A DNA stretch of 64,000 bases from Octopus vulgaris. Its lineage: Eukaryota. A model generated the notes under the pieces. That model had not been told where the DNA came from, ran no database searches, and saw only the letters and a program-made list of their open reading frames with translations. The position numbers and the translations under genes were made by a program. Shown here one piece after another: positions 37,210 to 51,412 of this stretch (positions are counted from its first letter, which is position 1; each line of letters opens with the position of its first letter). Location: NCBI GenBank assembly GCA_951406725.2, contig OX597837.1, positions 47,492,001 through 47,556,000 of the forward strand, given 5' to 3'.

Positions 37210-37720
37210 CACATACAGACATGTCTTGAGGCACGATATAGCTGCAAAGACTATTCGAGATATTATCCACAGGAAGGATGACTCTGGCATATTCATCAAA
37301 CGCCTGTCAAAAACAAACAGGTATCCACACCTATAAAAATAATACTGGTGGAACGTCCCAAATCAATTCGATGAAAACATAACACACTTGATATTGTTCT
37401 GTGGGACAGGGAACAACAGTTATGCACTGTTGCAGAGGTCAGCTGCCCAGCGGTTGTCAACGTACAATCAAAAGTCCGGGAAAAAGAAAACATTTATGGC
37501 GAATCAATGCGGGACTTACAGCTCTTGTAGCCTGACTATGAATTCTCATGTGTACCTATCATCATAGGTGCATTAGATTATGTACCCACAAATTGGCACA
37601 AAACATAGGGACACTCGTTTCATGGAAAAACAGCAAAACAAACTGATGCGGGTTCTCCAAATCCAATCTATTAGTGACACAGTGGAGATCTGTACGACAT
37701 TCCAGAAATTCCCCATGTGA
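37210..37720 (+). mobile_element. R4/Dong-like LINE REL endonuclease 3' fragment (second subfamily)
   Basis: YWWNVP...DIVLWDREQQLCTVAEVSCPA...KENIYG...PIIIGALDYV...LQIQSISDTVEICTTFQKF. Same family at about 42295-42870 and 43508-43695. Confidence 0.75.
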
Positions 37721-37909
37721 GATTCTTATGTGAATAGATGCACACACTTAGGTGTATGCATGGACAGTTCAAACAACACACCGACACAAACACATATTTT
37801 CAAACACCGAGAAATTTTTTTAACTCAAAAAGTATTGTCGCTTCGTTAGATGCCAGCTTGAACTTTCTTAATAACTTCCATAAAACTCAAAGGAAAAAGC
37901 ATACATACA

Positions 37910-38027
<118 letters not shown>

Positions 38028-38341
38028 GTGATGCAAACAGAATAGAACTCAAAGTATGAGTACACGTATACTTTTATGAATATTTAACAGGAAAACCCTC
38101 AGAAAGTTGAACAGAAGATTTCTTTAGCTTTTATGCAAATCGAAAAGAGGAAGGGAAGAGATGAGAAGACAGAAAAGAGTAAAGAAAAGAGAAGCTAGAT
38201 CGAAGGATGGTCTATGACGAGGTTAAATGGCATTCCAAGACATCAATTTTGTTTTTTGAAGAAAGAGAAAGAAAAGAGAAGAGAAAAAGTGAAAGGGAAA
38301 CAAAGACAGAGAGAAAGAGGTTTCTTTTCAATTATATTGTA

Positions 38342-38378
<37 letters not shown>

Positions 38379-38658
38379 GAAAGTTACAGAAAAACAGACG
38401 ATGACAGGTGAGAAAGTCTTTTACGTTTCGAGCCTACGCTCATCAACAGAAAGGAACAGGATGAAATAAACAGAGAGAGAATTTTTTTAAATTGTGGAGT
38501 TGGCGATCAACGATTTAATATAGACAGCAGTGTGCAATGTTTTACCAAAATGGGAAACTTTGTCACTAAATGTGACCAGGGTGTTAGAACATATACATTG
38601 CTAGAAATAAGAGCTAAAAAGTTCTAATGCGGTTGTTAAAATTGTATACATATGTGTG

Positions 38659-38708
<50 letters not shown>

Positions 38709-38886
38709 AGATCGTTAGCCACTACACACATATTTTTCTCTCCTTGTTTTTTCTGTGTCCCTTTCTGTAGAAGAGTGTAGGCTCGAAACGTAAAAGACTT
38801 TTTCTATTCCTGAGCGTTATACTAATACATCTGCTTGTTTTGTACACCACCTGTCTTCGTCTTTTGTTTTTTTCGTGAATTCTCCC

Positions 38887-38956
<70 letters not shown>

Positions 38957-38961
<5 letters not shown>

Positions 38962-39208
38962 ATACTGTCAATCTAACACGAACGTGACAGTAGGGGGTAC
39001 ACCACTGCTGTTTAGCCCTAGGAAGCATCGACGCCTCCTGATGGCTTTGACACATTTTTCCTGTGTCCTTATATACATTTATTATACATGTATATAAGGA
39101 CACAGGAAAATGTGTCAAAGCCATCAGGAGGCGTCGATGCTTCCTAGGGCTAAATAGCGGTGATGTACCCCCTACTGTCACGTTCGTGTTAGATTGACAG
39201 TATACAAC
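38957..39208. repeat. Near-perfect ~250-bp palindrome (about 120-bp arms)
   Basis: gttgtatactgtcaatctaacacgaacgtgacagtagggggtaca... is the reverse complement of ...tgtaccccctactgtcacgttcgtgttagattgacagtatacaac. Short AT loop. Confidence 0.95.
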
Positions 39209-39265
39209 CATTCTATCGCCCCACCACCGTACATGTCTCTACGAGAGATTTAGAAATTTAGTATT

Positions 39266-39346
<81 letters not shown>

Positions 39347-40984
39347 GAGAGAGAGTTGGGGGAGAAATTTATTATAGTATAAAATACAATAATAATCAGA
39401 GGTATAGAAGAGACTCTGTCTATGTTGAAAGTAGACTCCAAATCATGAAAGCACCTAAAAATCATCCCTTTTATACTACACAACGTGTTGAAATCGAGTG
39501 AGTTCGTTCGTTACATGTTAGAAGCTCTAATGTTGGAAAAATACTAAAAGAAGAATGAGTACAGTACTCTATAGTGGGAGGAAGATAGGCAGATAGGTGC
39601 TGGGTATTAGATGTATACTAATCAGCATAAGGAGGGGTACTCTTGTCTGGAGATATTAGGGGGTGTGAATGCAAACACAAATAGATAAGGAATGAAGTAG
39701 ATGTCAGACCTACAGACTGGGTGGCAGTAGGAGAGAGGGGTAATGGAAGTAATAAAGCGGTTATAAAAAGATAATAGAAGTCCGATGTAGAAGGAGCTCT
39801 GGATTTATAGAAGGGAGTGGAGCCGGTTTGAAGGCGGCAAGTTGGCAGAATCGTTAGCACGCCGAACAAAATGCTTAGCAGCATTTTCTCCGTTTTTACG
39901 TTCTGAGTTCAAATTCCACCGAGGTTGACTGTGTCTTTCATCCCTTTCAGGGTCGATAAAATAAGTACCAGCTGGGGTTGATGTAATCGACTTATTCGCC
40001 TACCCCGAAAATGCTGGCCTGGTGCCAAACTTTGAAATCCCTATTTTAACTGGTTTATATTCCGAGCAAATTTTTCTTGTGGTAGCTTGTTTTTAGTCTT
40101 ACTAATGCTCCGTAGTAGAGTGTGGTATGAACATATATTTGTGACAATGTCCACAAATAACTACCAAGGTGTATTGATGTTCTTTGTGAAAGATAATTAG
40201 TGAGAGATCAATCAGCGAGTGAAAAATTGCAGTTGATTGCATTCCAGTTAGCAGAGTATAGCTTTGTTAAGCTATAAGCAAACAAGTGGAGACGAGGATA
40301 CATTTACCAAAGGTTTATTTCTTTAGGTACATCAGGGCTTAAGTCGTCAGTTATTTCTGTTTAGTTCTCTCAGATTCGTTCCACGCTCACTGTTGACATT
40401 CTTCCGTTTTCGTTCTCCTCCCGGAAGTCCTTCTTTTTTCCTGCTGACCAACTTCCTAGCCAGCCAGCAGCGAAGTATCTGTCTACAGTTCGTGTGTCGC
40501 GAATCCTGACCTACAGCAGTATGAAGATTAGGTCAAAAGTAACTTTATTCTATTTATAAGAGACTGAAATCTCTTAAGAAAAAGTACATTTCAAATTTAA
40601 GATAAAATAAGAATAAGATTATTTTTATCTTTATTAGAGCTCGTTTTTTTAGGTTATATTTATGCATATTGAAATCATTTTATTCTTACCTGACCTTAAA
40701 TTTGAAATATATTCTTTCCTCGGGAGATTCAAGTCTCTTATAGATTGACTAAAACTGTAAATTCATATAACTAACCTGTCTTCTATGCATCTGCCTATTA
40801 CTATAGCCATTTTTGGTCAGTAAGTTGGGTGTCCTTAATATATTTTTTGGTACTGCTGAGAACATATTTACCTGATTTGTTTTTATCGACGCCACTCCAT
40901 GTTTAATTACAATAGAAAGTCCTACCACTTTAACTCTGTTGCATTTAGTTTTACTAAATATCATAACGATGTCTTCCGCTTATT

Positions 40985-42029
40985 TCTGGATTAGGCAGTG
41001 AAAGAACATCACAGATTTTGTGAAGAAAGCATACCTGACATCTTTAGGATGAAACTGGGTGACAAGACAAAGCCTGGGCAGCCCATATTGTGTGCAAAAC
41101 CTGTGTTGAAACACTGAGGCAGTGACTGCTTCGAATGCTTAAGCAGAAAGTTTCCAGCTTTGTCTTGTGAGAAAATTAAGGCTGGTGTGTTTGATGGGCC
41201 ACATATTAGGGGACTATCACAGGACGAGCTATTTTTGGAGACCATGTTTGGCATTGAAAAAGAAGCAGGGAATGCTTTTGTTGCAGTTGTACTTGATTTC
41301 CTGGGAAATAAGAATCCATCAAATTATGAAGATCTTGTGCAGACCCTGTTAACCAGTTTTTGAGCACTGGGCTGCAACCTGAGTGTAAATGTGCATTTCC
41401 TGCACAAGTCATCTGGACTACTTGCTTGAAAATCCTAAGGCAATAAGTGATGAGCAAGGAAAAAGATTCCACCAAGACATCGAGAACATGGGGACTAGGT
41501 ATCAGGGCAGGTTCAACACCAACAGGGTGCTGTCTACTGCAGGTCATCGTAAAGAAGCTGTCATGATGCAATTTATTCCCATAAAGCTACAAAGAGAAAG
41601 TTCATTCCTTGAGAAGTTCAAACTCCAGTTTGACAGAAATATTTATTCTAAGAGGTGTAATTAAACATTTTGTGTCTGTTGAACAATAAAAAGTAAAATT
41701 TGGTTTGTGTTAGTTTCTTATTTGCCTTACTCAAGGAATGAACTTTTTCTTTGTTGCTTTAAGTGAATGAATTACGTCATGACAGCCTCTTTGCAGTGAT
41801 CCGCAGGTTCAGCCCCAGGTTGGTGTTGAACAACCTTGATACCTAGAATTGCATTTAATGGCAAAATTGATATATTTTGGCAAAAAAAATGAATTCTTGT
41901 TTGACAAAAAAAAATGGCGTGATAGAAATTTTCAGGGGACATTTCTGAACCCAACACCATCAAATTAGGTAGGGCTAATTGCAAAAAACAAAACAACTAA
42001 AGAATTTTTTGTTGAAATGTTCCCCTGTG
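40985..42029 (+). mobile_element. Chapaev3-like (CMC) DNA transposon relic, internally deleted
   Basis: Interrupted motifs KLGD.DKAWA.HIVCKTCVETLRQ, EKIKAGVFDGPHIR, VHFLH and SDEQGKRFHQDI..M.TRYQGR. 3' terminus ...tgttcccctGTG|TTA. Superfamily assigned from recalled motifs. Confidence 0.7.
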
Positions 42030-43068
42030 TTATTTAATGTATGTTTGATTCGTTTTACGAACCCACGACATTTTGAATTGCGTACTGTCGAATCAAAGTG
42101 TTTTAAATTATGTTATATGTGACGCCCAGCAAATGTCTTGAGTGCCCCTTTCTCGTTTACCCACTTTCTCGTATATACATACATACGTATATACATGTAT
42201 ATATATATATATATATATGAGTGTATATATATATATAAACACACATGCAAGCGTATGTACGTACGTATATAATCATACATACACACATACATACATTGCA
42301 ATCCAAGAATCGGAGATTGCTACAAATTACCTAATAAAGAAGAGACATGGAAATCATTGGAGCTCCAAGAAGCAACCGAAAACGACGATTGCGTCACATT
42401 TCTGTGGAAGCCATCAGCCACGTAATCAGCGTCCCACTGTGACATGGTGCTTTTGCTAAAGCAATATACAATGACATCGGGAAACACGATTGTCACTGAG
42501 TAGAAACATTAACACAAGGATTATTTGTGGAGCATTCCAATGAAAACTTCTGTCAAGGGCAAATAACAGACCGTGAAACGTTGTGGACGACAAGAGGATG
42601 GATGTACCATCAAAGAGATCAGCCGTTCTGCTGATGCGAATATCTCTTTGGAAAGCGAGAAGACAGAGGATAGGTGTACAGGTAACAATTTCGAAGCCTC
42701 CAGCTTCTATATGCAGATTATAAATTCATAATTATTCCAATAATAACTGGCGCCCTTGGTTCTGTGAGTAAATACTTCAGTGATAATATGGAAGAGGTGA
42801 GCTTTTCAGAAAAAGCAGGTCAACCAGCTGACACGAATATCGCGAATCCAATCTACAAGACTTTACTCAAGATTATCGAGTTACATTGTTTTTATTTAGA
42901 TTCCAACGACAGAGCTTCGTAGCTTTGTTAGAAACCAGATCCTTCTTTACAGTAAATAACCTCAAATAACTAGAAATGCATACATACATACTCACATACA
43001 TATATAGAAACTTCCATACATACATACATACATACATACATACATACATACATACATACATACATACA

Positions 43069-43099
<31 letters not shown>

Positions 43100-43410
43100 G
43101 TGATGGCTGCCCCCTCGTTATCGAGTATGGCCATTGCATGAAGCTTAACTGTTACTGGTGCTGTGATCGAATGTGACTTTTTAGCCCAGCCAAAGATCTA
43201 CAATGTCTTGTACAGAATTGGCAACTAAAACCTTTACCGGTAATAGCCGGCTGTAGTTTTAACTGGGCTTCATGTACCTTTGCATGTCGTTTAAGTCCTC
43301 CTGTCGCATTACACTCTCTTCCACATGCCCGAGAGATATGATTAGTATGGTGTGTTACACCACCACCAGTGGCCAGGTTGTCACTCATCTGTCTCGTTTT
43401 ATGACTACGA
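43100..43410 (-). mobile_element. RTE-type LINE 3' end with C2H2-like fingers, embedded in (TACA)n
   Basis: ACGRECNATGGLKRHAKVH...FSCQFCTRHCRSLAGLKSHIRSQH, stop, short 3' UTR, tandem tail. Similar remnant at about 56820-56930(+). Confidence 0.6.
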
Positions 43411-43936
43411 AGACAAACAAACATACATACATACATACATACATACATACATACATACATACATACATACATACATACATGCATACATACATACATACAT
43501 AATCTATTTTACAGGTTCAGATTTATACCTGTAATTATTGGGGCCCTGGGATATGTAACACACTGCCTAAATAACAATCTTTAGAAATTAGGCTTCTCAA
43601 AACCAGAAAGGAGAATGCTAATTCGAAGACTACAGATCCAATCCATCACTGGAACTGTAAAAATCTGTAAAACTTTCCAGAAGTTTACCATTTAAATATA
43701 TATGAGCATTTCTAGATATGTACATACGCAAAGCAAAATACAAATCTGCACATATACATACATACAAACAAACAATAATACCCTGTTGTTGATGTTGAAG
43801 TTCCAATGAAGGAGCCTTGAGTCTAGGTTAGAAACCAGTTCTTTATTGGTAAGAAATCTTGAAATAAAATTGACAATGACATACATGCAATCATACATAT
43901 ATACATACATACATATATACTGCCATACATATACAC

Positions 43937-44001
<65 letters not shown>

Positions 44002-45009
44002 CACATCCAAACATGCACATACAGATAACGTGATGGATAAAATAAATTGATTTTATTTACCTGTCGGTATGCCATCTTCACAGCCTGTATTTAAATCCTT
44101 CACTCTTATGATAAACTTTTTTTTATCAGTAAATATTACTCCACAGAAATTACTGGTTACTGTCGTAGGAAACCTGGGAGTATCTGTGTGTACACTCACA
44201 CACATACACACACACACACATAAAGTTGTCCACCCAACTTTTCGGTCTGATAAAACCAAATACCTGTCAAATACTTGTATCGATATTCTTGACTACGAAC
44301 ACCCCTCAAAACTGTGATTTATGACTAAGTAAGAAATCCTTCCTTGGTAAAATCCTGTATTTGTTGGGTGAAGAAGCAGTGAAATACTCGGCTTCATCGA
44401 ACGGATTAACCCTTCTGGCCAAATGTCTGCTGTTCTACTTGAATCAGAAACAATATTTATTATTGACGTCGTTGTTGTTATTTGTTTTTGTTTTTGCTTT
44501 TTCCTGTTGTTTTACTTATTCTTATTGTCGCGATTATCTGTCTGTATTGAAAGGTTTTAAATTCGATAATGAAAATCGTGCATGGGTACACCGGTTGTGT
44601 CACAACTACTGCAACTATTGTCGTTATTGTTCTTTCCCTTATTTGTAGTAGCAGCAGCAGCAGCAGCGTTGAACACTATTTAAACCTACCGTATTCTTTA
44701 ATAATCTCATTATTCCTTCTTTCCAGTTTGTACACTTGAATTTTCTCCCCCTCCCTCCATCTCTCACCAGCCAATCTCCCACCATCACCCTCATGATAAC
44801 ACCTTCGCACTTTAATCACTCCGCTCTTCCTCGCTTATCTTCACCTGATAACAAAAACAACAACAAGAGCAGTAAGAGAGAGCAAACCTCCGCCAAGGCA
44901 ACACCAACGTTCTCTCAATGATTAGCCGGAGAGGATTTTTAAAATGAGAAGATCTGAAATAAACTCGACTTCTCTCACAAACGACAATTCGAAAAATGAA
45001 CCCTGCCGC

Positions 45010-45245
45010 TTTCAAAAATTAAGAAAAACAAAACGGAAAAATAATCCAGAATCCTTGTCCAGAAGCAGATCTATCCCAAAATCTAATCAATTCATGCCAA
45101 TCACGAGGCCAAACATCACTGAAAGTTTCATTCGAATCCATCCAGCGGTTCTTGAGATATCTTGTCCACGGATAAAACAAACAAACGAACAAACGCGACT
45201 GAAAACAATACCTCCGGCTTCGCAAAGGCGGAGGGAATAACAATG
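45010..45245 (-). mobile_element. Short non-autonomous DNA element with terminal GC hairpin (class uncertain)
   Basis: cctccgcctttgcgaagccggagg hairpin followed by gtttgttcgtttgtttg and gatggattcgaatgaaacttt. Confidence 0.5.
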
Positions 45246-45558
45246 TTTCTTTAAACTGTAGACAAAAGGCCTGAGAAATGGGGGAGGAATAAGTCGATTA
45301 CATCGACCCCAGTATTCAGCTGGTACACATTTTGTCGATCCTGAAAGGATGAAAGGCAAAGTCAACCTCGGCAGAATTTGAACACAGAACGTAAAAACGT
45401 ACGAAATGCTGTTAAGCATTTAGTCCGGTGCGCCTTATCGCACCCTTTCTATTATAGGCTTGAAATGTTGGTTTCATTTACATCGGCCCCAGTACTTGAC
45501 TAGTACTTATCGACCCCGAATGGCAAATGCTAACGGTTCTGCCAATTAGCCACCACAT

Positions 45559-45573
45559 GAATAATAATAATAA

Positions 45574-45662
<89 letters not shown>

Positions 45663-45709
45663 CTAATAATAATAATGATGATGATGATGATGACGACGAC
45701 GACGACGAC

Positions 45710-45759
<50 letters not shown>

Positions 45760-45766
45760 CGATGAT
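45559..45766. repeat. Compound trinucleotide microsatellite (AAT/AGT/GAT/GAC)
   Basis: Direct reading. Confidence 0.95.
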
Positions 45767-45954
45767 GGCTCAAAAAGATTGGTACAAAGGTAAATGGAGA
45801 GCACCAACAAAAATCAGCATTGCTTGGAACTGCAAAAAATTCTTCGCAGAGTTTTGATGTCTGACCAGTAAAGAAGTGTCGCCTTAGTCTGCTGGCTGGG
45901 GACAGTTGACACTTTCACTCACACCCAGTAAAAGAAGAAGAGAATTGTTAGCAA

Positions 45955-45995
<41 letters not shown>

Positions 45996-46308
45996 GGGTT
46001 CTTCTCTCGAAGACGACGTACGAGCTTTCAGCTTTTCATCGAACGACTCTGCACTAATGATTTGTCTATAGTGATCAAATGTATGTGATGCACATTAGCT
46101 CCCTCTCCCTTCCATCAAATCGATGTTACCTGAACAGGTGCACGGTGTGTCACGCGTCAGGTGTCGAGATGAGCGCAGAACAAAGTGTAGTACTCAAGAA
46201 CGCAACACACCACCCGGTCTAGGAATTGAAACGGTGATCACCAGGTCGTGACTGCAATACCTTAACCACTTGGTTATGTGTGCCCTCATCATCATCATCA
46301 TCATCATT

Positions 46309-46548
46309 AGAAGAAGGAGGAGGAGGAGGAAGAAGAGGAGGAGGGGAGGAAGAGGAGAAAAAGTAGACGACGAAGGAGAAGAAGAAGAAGAAGAAGAAGA
46401 AGAAGAAGAAGGAGGAGGAGGAGGAGGAGAAGACGAAGAAGAAGGAGGAGAGGAGGAAGAGGAGGAAGAAGAACAACAACAACAACAAGGAGAAGAAAGT
46501 GGAGGAGGAGAACAACAACAACAACAGCAAGGAGGAGGAGGAGGAGGA

Positions 46549-46580
<32 letters not shown>

Positions 46581-46730
46581 AGAAGAAAAAGAAGAAGAAG
46601 AAGAAGAAGAAGAAGAAGAAAAAGAAAAAGAAGAAGAAAAAGAAAAAGAAGAAGAAGAAGAAAAAGAAGAAGAAGAAGAAGAAGAAGAAGAAGAAGAAGA
46701 AGAAGAAGAAGAAGAAGAAGAAGAAGAAGG
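46309..46730. repeat. Purine-rich (GAA/GGA/CAA)n low-complexity tract
   Basis: Direct reading. Followed by an R4/Dong-like 3' remnant (46731-46920, EITRQWKIKRVKTGPIIVGSLG) and (TAA)n. Confidence 0.92.
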
Positions 46731-46945
46731 AAATAACCCGGCAATGGAAAATTAAAAGGGTGAAGACAGGCCCAATTATTGTTGGGTCCTTGGGGACAGA
46801 ATCAGCAGACATCAAGAGGAATACGAAGGCAATCGGAATAAAATGTGTCCAGTAGAATTGTTGCAAAAAGTTTGCTTCTTTAGCAAGGCTGGAATAATCA
46901 GAAAAGGCTCCAGGGGTTCCAACAAAACCTGAATTTATGATGATG

Positions 46946-47020
<75 letters not shown>

Positions 47021-47049
47021 GTGATGATGATGATGATGATGATGATTCT

Positions 47050-47870
47050 TTATTAACCCCAGAGGGTTATTATGGACATTATGGACAACACAGGAAGAAA
47101 CAAAGAATCTGTGGGTGTGATTGCGTGGATTCAGTTGATAACCTGATCCGTCCCACACGCGACAGCAGGTGTTCGACATAAACCTACAGGTCAACAATGC
47201 TCGAGCACTGGACGAGTGCATGCAGGACCGTTTCGTCCTCCTGCACGCATCTCGGACATGCTCGTCTAACGGCACTTCCGTGTCTGTATAGTTTATCTTG
47301 AACAGGTAAAGTTCCTCAGTAGTACTGCCAGGCTAGAGATTTTTGGAAGTTGTCCATTGGTTCCGAGCCGAAAGTTCTCCCGAAAAGAGCGGCTAGTTGT
47401 TCCTCGACGACCAAAGTCTCCCCAAGGATGTCCTCACACTTTCCCTCCACCAATCGTCTATACAAAGCTAACGTAGACATTCCACCTTTCGCACTGTCCG
47501 ACTGTTAGCGCTTAAAGACATTCCACTTTCCAAATTTTTCCCCTTGGTTTCTTTTTTTCCCAGAACTGCAGCTCCGTCAAAGAAACTACCTGTGAAAATG
47601 CGTGTCTGGCAAATGGCGACCACACCTGTTCACCGTTAAGGAAGTACTGGAGATTTCGTAGCCTCAGCGCATGTCTGCGCATGCCGAGCCCAGTATGCCC
47701 AAACCACCACGCAGCGAGTCTTGACAGCAGTTAGACCGCCTGACCATCGGAACGCGTCCCTTCCACAAGAATCGCAAGAGTACGCACTCCAACATAATCA
47801 GACGGTAGCCAGGACAAGGCACGACAGTCAAGTAATAGTAGATGACGGACGTGATGTAAGCGTTAGCGAC
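47050..47870 (-). mobile_element. L1/Tx1-clade LINE ORF2 3' fragment
   Basis: Minus strand PMDNFQKSLAWQYY*GTLPVQDKLYRHGSAVRRACPRCVQEDETVLHALVQC, a zf-RVT-type CCHC. Confidence 0.75.
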
Positions 47871-48049
47871 TGCTGTGAATGTTGCGGCTGCTGTTAATGT
47901 TCGTTGTACTTTGCACCATGACAGTCTTGTTCTTCTCCTCCTCCTCCCCCTTCCCTTGTATTGCTGCCTGTGAACGAGGGAAGGGGAAGGAAGTCTTCAA
48001 ATGAAGCAGCTCCAACGCTACCAAAATATATCGACCTTGCATTGGCAAA

Positions 48050-48590
48050 CTGGGAAACCAGGTGACAGCCTCAGTTTCGCGGAATGTAAAAGTCATTGTG
48101 TTTATTGACTGGCTCTTCAAAAGGGCCACACCATCAATGGAGGATATGATACCAAAGTTGTTGAGGCAGTTATGAAAGTATATCAAGAGCAAAGGCCCCG
48201 GAAAACTGACGAAAGGGGTTTTGTTGCATCAGGACAATGCCCCAGCACACAAGTCCTTGGTTTCAATGGCTGCTGCGTGTTACTGTGGTTTTGAACTGGT
48301 TGATTACCCCACCACCCTGTTCTCCTGATTTCGCTCCGTCTGACTATCTTCTTTTCCCCATCACGTAAAAACACTTGATTGGCAACCACTATCACAGTGA
48401 TGATGATGATGATGATGACTTTTATTAGCAACAAAATGGAAGCGTCTTCACCAATGGGATCTAAGCACTGCATCACCAACGGAAGAAGTGTGTGGAACGC
48501 AAGGAGGGGACTTTGAACAATATTTGGTCACATTTGGTCGCATTCCATGAGAGTATGAAGGTCAGCGTGTGAACTTCTCAGCTGAGCCTC
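48050..48590 (+). mobile_element. Mariner (DD34D) transposase relic
   Basis: KGHTINGG...PGKLTKGVLLHQDNAPAHKSLVSMAA...GFELVD.P..SPDFAPSDYLLFP. Confidence 0.9.
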
Positions 48591-48599
48591 ATAAGAGCT

Positions 48600-49110
48600 G
48601 TAAGATGTAACGTGGACATCATGAAAATCAAGTTCTCCAAAACTGTGACGCTCTTAGAGTGTAACTCCAGGGACATTGACATCATTCCACCCCACATCTT
48701 TGAACAGGTTCACTTCAGACGACTATGTGATGCCGTTGGAGACTATAGACAAACCTTGGATGGAGATGGTTGCTGCTGGAAAGCAGGATGCGGCTAGTTG
48801 TAATTGCCCTGGAAGCAGTCACAAGTGGTTGTCGAAGAATTCCGACGACTTCACCAGTCCCAATTCCTGGTCCCTTAATCCCCACTTCACCCGGTTGTAA
48901 TTCCATGTACTACTATAGGTGGGGTGCGGTTGAGGAAGACACCCATCGCTTTTCCTGTAAAAACCGAGGTCAAGCTTGTTGCCAAGATCAAAAAAGTGTT
49001 CGAAGATCTTCGACACAGTGGGGAACGTATGCACCGGGTTTCAGAGCTGTCTTAGAGTCGTAGAGGAAGCTGGGGGTTGCTATTTTGAGCAAGCTGTTAT
49101 CTGCCAGCCA
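48600..49110 (+). mobile_element. Tc1/mariner-superfamily transposase relic (second family)
   Basis: IPPHIFEQ...IDKPWMEMVAAG.QDAASC...KWLSKNSDDFTSPNSW...SPGCNSMYYYRWGAVE. Confidence 0.7.
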
Positions 49111-49360
49111 TAATCTAGCACATATTTTGTGATTTGTAAAAATACTTTTATCTTCGTGCTTTCTTTTCCTTTTATGCAAACTGTTGAATTGTATTTATGT
49201 ATTTATGTATTTATGTATTTATGTATTTATGTATTTATGTATTTATGTATTTATGTATTTATGTATGCATGAATTAACGAGCTTTTGAAATTTAAATGCA
49301 TTTTCAACAAGACATTTTCTTATATTTTTTCCTGCGTGGAAACACCACTCCCTCTTTTGC

Positions 49361-49492
<132 letters not shown>

Positions 49493-49539
49493 CATACAGA
49501 CACGACAGAAGTAAATACATACCCTTATAATCATTAAAA

Positions 49540-50450
49540 TTCATTCAAATCTGAAATTATACATTCAAATTATTTATTAATAGTTTTTAATGTGAATATT
49601 TGATATTTAGTAGACATGTCCTTCGTATCTTTCAATGCAAGGCATGTTATTGATCAGATGACGAATATTCTCCTGCCGAATTTCTGGCCAAGTTTCATGC
49701 AGTAATCTCAAAAGATCTGGCTTTGAAGATATTTTCTCGTTCTTTTTATGAACTGTCCTGTCAGAAGGCCCTGGTTGATCTGGGTGAGGTGATGTGGGCT
49801 CCTTCCCCCCTCTGGTGAATTTCACAATCACTCTTTTAACTGTTGAAAGCAGGATCCCAAGGTTTTCTGTGATTTTACGCTATGTCCACCTTCAGAATGA
49901 CCCACAATACGGCCTCTTTGAGATGAGCTGAGACCCCCTTCGGTCATGACTGGCCATGGGATTGCACCTAGAAAGTTACCCTCCCAGGCACAAGTCCGGG
50001 CAAGGTCATTTATGGAAGACCAGCAGTCGCCCATGCATACCGGCCGCCCCTCTCCATGCCACCAGTGTTATCCAAGGGAAAGGCAAAGGGGCCGATACAG
50101 CTTGGCACCTGTGACGTCGCAACTCATTTCTGAGTGAACTGGAGCAATGTGAAACAAAGTGTCTTGCTCAAGAACACAGCACGCAGCCCGGTTCAGGATT
50201 CGAACTCACAACCTCACGATCGTAAGCTCGACGCTCTAACCGCTGAGCCATGCGCCTTCGCATGAGCCATGTGACTTCGCGCCTCTTTGAAATGCCATGT
50301 ACAAAAGACTTCTTTTGTACGTGGCATGGTTAAACAATCACATATAGAACCTGAAACATGAAAATGTCAATTAATAAAAAATATAAACTTTTATAAGTTA
50401 AAATAAACATAAAACGATGTTTTTTTTGGGGGGGGGGAGCTGTTTACTTC
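49540..50450 (-). mobile_element. Deleted Tc1-like element interrupted by a SINE (49940-50260)
   Basis: LSSSQRGRIVGHSEGGHSV (HTH start) and LLHETWPEIRQENIRHLINNMP..CIERYEGHVY (Tc1 C-terminus). Confidence 0.6.
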
Positions 50451-50684
50451 TGTCATGTGTGTGTGTGTGTGTGTGTGTATAGGGGGAGAGTTCATGAAAA
50501 AGCAAAAGATGAAGACAGGTGGTGTACAAAACAAACAGATGTATAAGTATAACGCTCAGGAATTGAAATAGTCTTTAACGTTTCGAGCTTACGCTCTTCT
50601 ACAGCAAGGGGCACAGAAAAAACAAGGAGAGAAACAAGGAGAGAGAAAAATGTGTGTAGTGGCTACCGATCTATCATGGCGTCG

Positions 50685-50751
<67 letters not shown>

Positions 50752-51054
50752 GACGAACCACTTTCAGTTTCCGTCTACCAAATCTACTCACAAGGCTTTG
50801 GTCGGCCCGGGGCTATGGTAGAAGACATTGCTCAAGATGCCATGCAGTGGGATTGAACTCAGAACCGTGAGGTTGGAAAGCAAGCTTCTTACTACACAGC
50901 CACTCCTTTTACTTATTTCAGTCATATACTGAATTCCACCTGAAAAAAACGTAATTGTCAATAAGGTACTGATGACTATATTACGTCTCTACATTCCATT
51001 AATTAAATCAGGTTTAACTTGCAGTTAAAAGATGAATAAGCGAGCGTTAAGAAT

Positions 51055-51255
51055 TACGAAGAGAAGCTGAAAAGTGTTTGGCTTTAAGGGTGTCACAAAA
51101 GGCCTGGTTGGGGGCCCAACCTTCTGAGAAAATCTAAGGGACCCCTGCAATAAGTGTGTGAATCTGAGAGAGGAGTATGTTGACTAAAATCATAATCAAC
51201 TGATCCTCCTGTATTTTCGTTGACTCGAAGCCAGGAACTTTTCAACATCCCTCGA
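51055..51255. mobile_element. Mariner-derived MITE
   Basis: Termini tacgaagagaagctgaaaagt ... aggaacttttcaacatccctcg. Related copy at 55686-55909 (tacgagaggggtgtcgaaaagttcct...aggaacttttcggcac..cctcgta). Confidence 0.65.
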
Positions 51256-51412
51256 AAGATTTGTTAAGTAACCATCTAAGGGATATTTTGGCTTTAAAGG
51301 TGTCACAAAGGGCCTGGTTGGATGTATACCCACGTATTTATAGCCAGGTGCTTACTATTGCAGGGCAATATCGCAATTGAATACTAGGTATGGGTGGGGG
51401 TAAATCAGATTT

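Noticed and set aside
43152-43330. C2H2 zinc-finger gene (cephalopod ZNF expansion)
   Set aside because: Only 1-2 degenerate fingers without TGEKP linkers, followed by a retroposon-like tail. Better explained as an RTE LINE C-terminus.
46219-46866. Poly-E/poly-K/poly-F ORFs
   Set aside because: GAA/GGA microsatellite between a SINE tail and a LINE remnant; no splice or start context.
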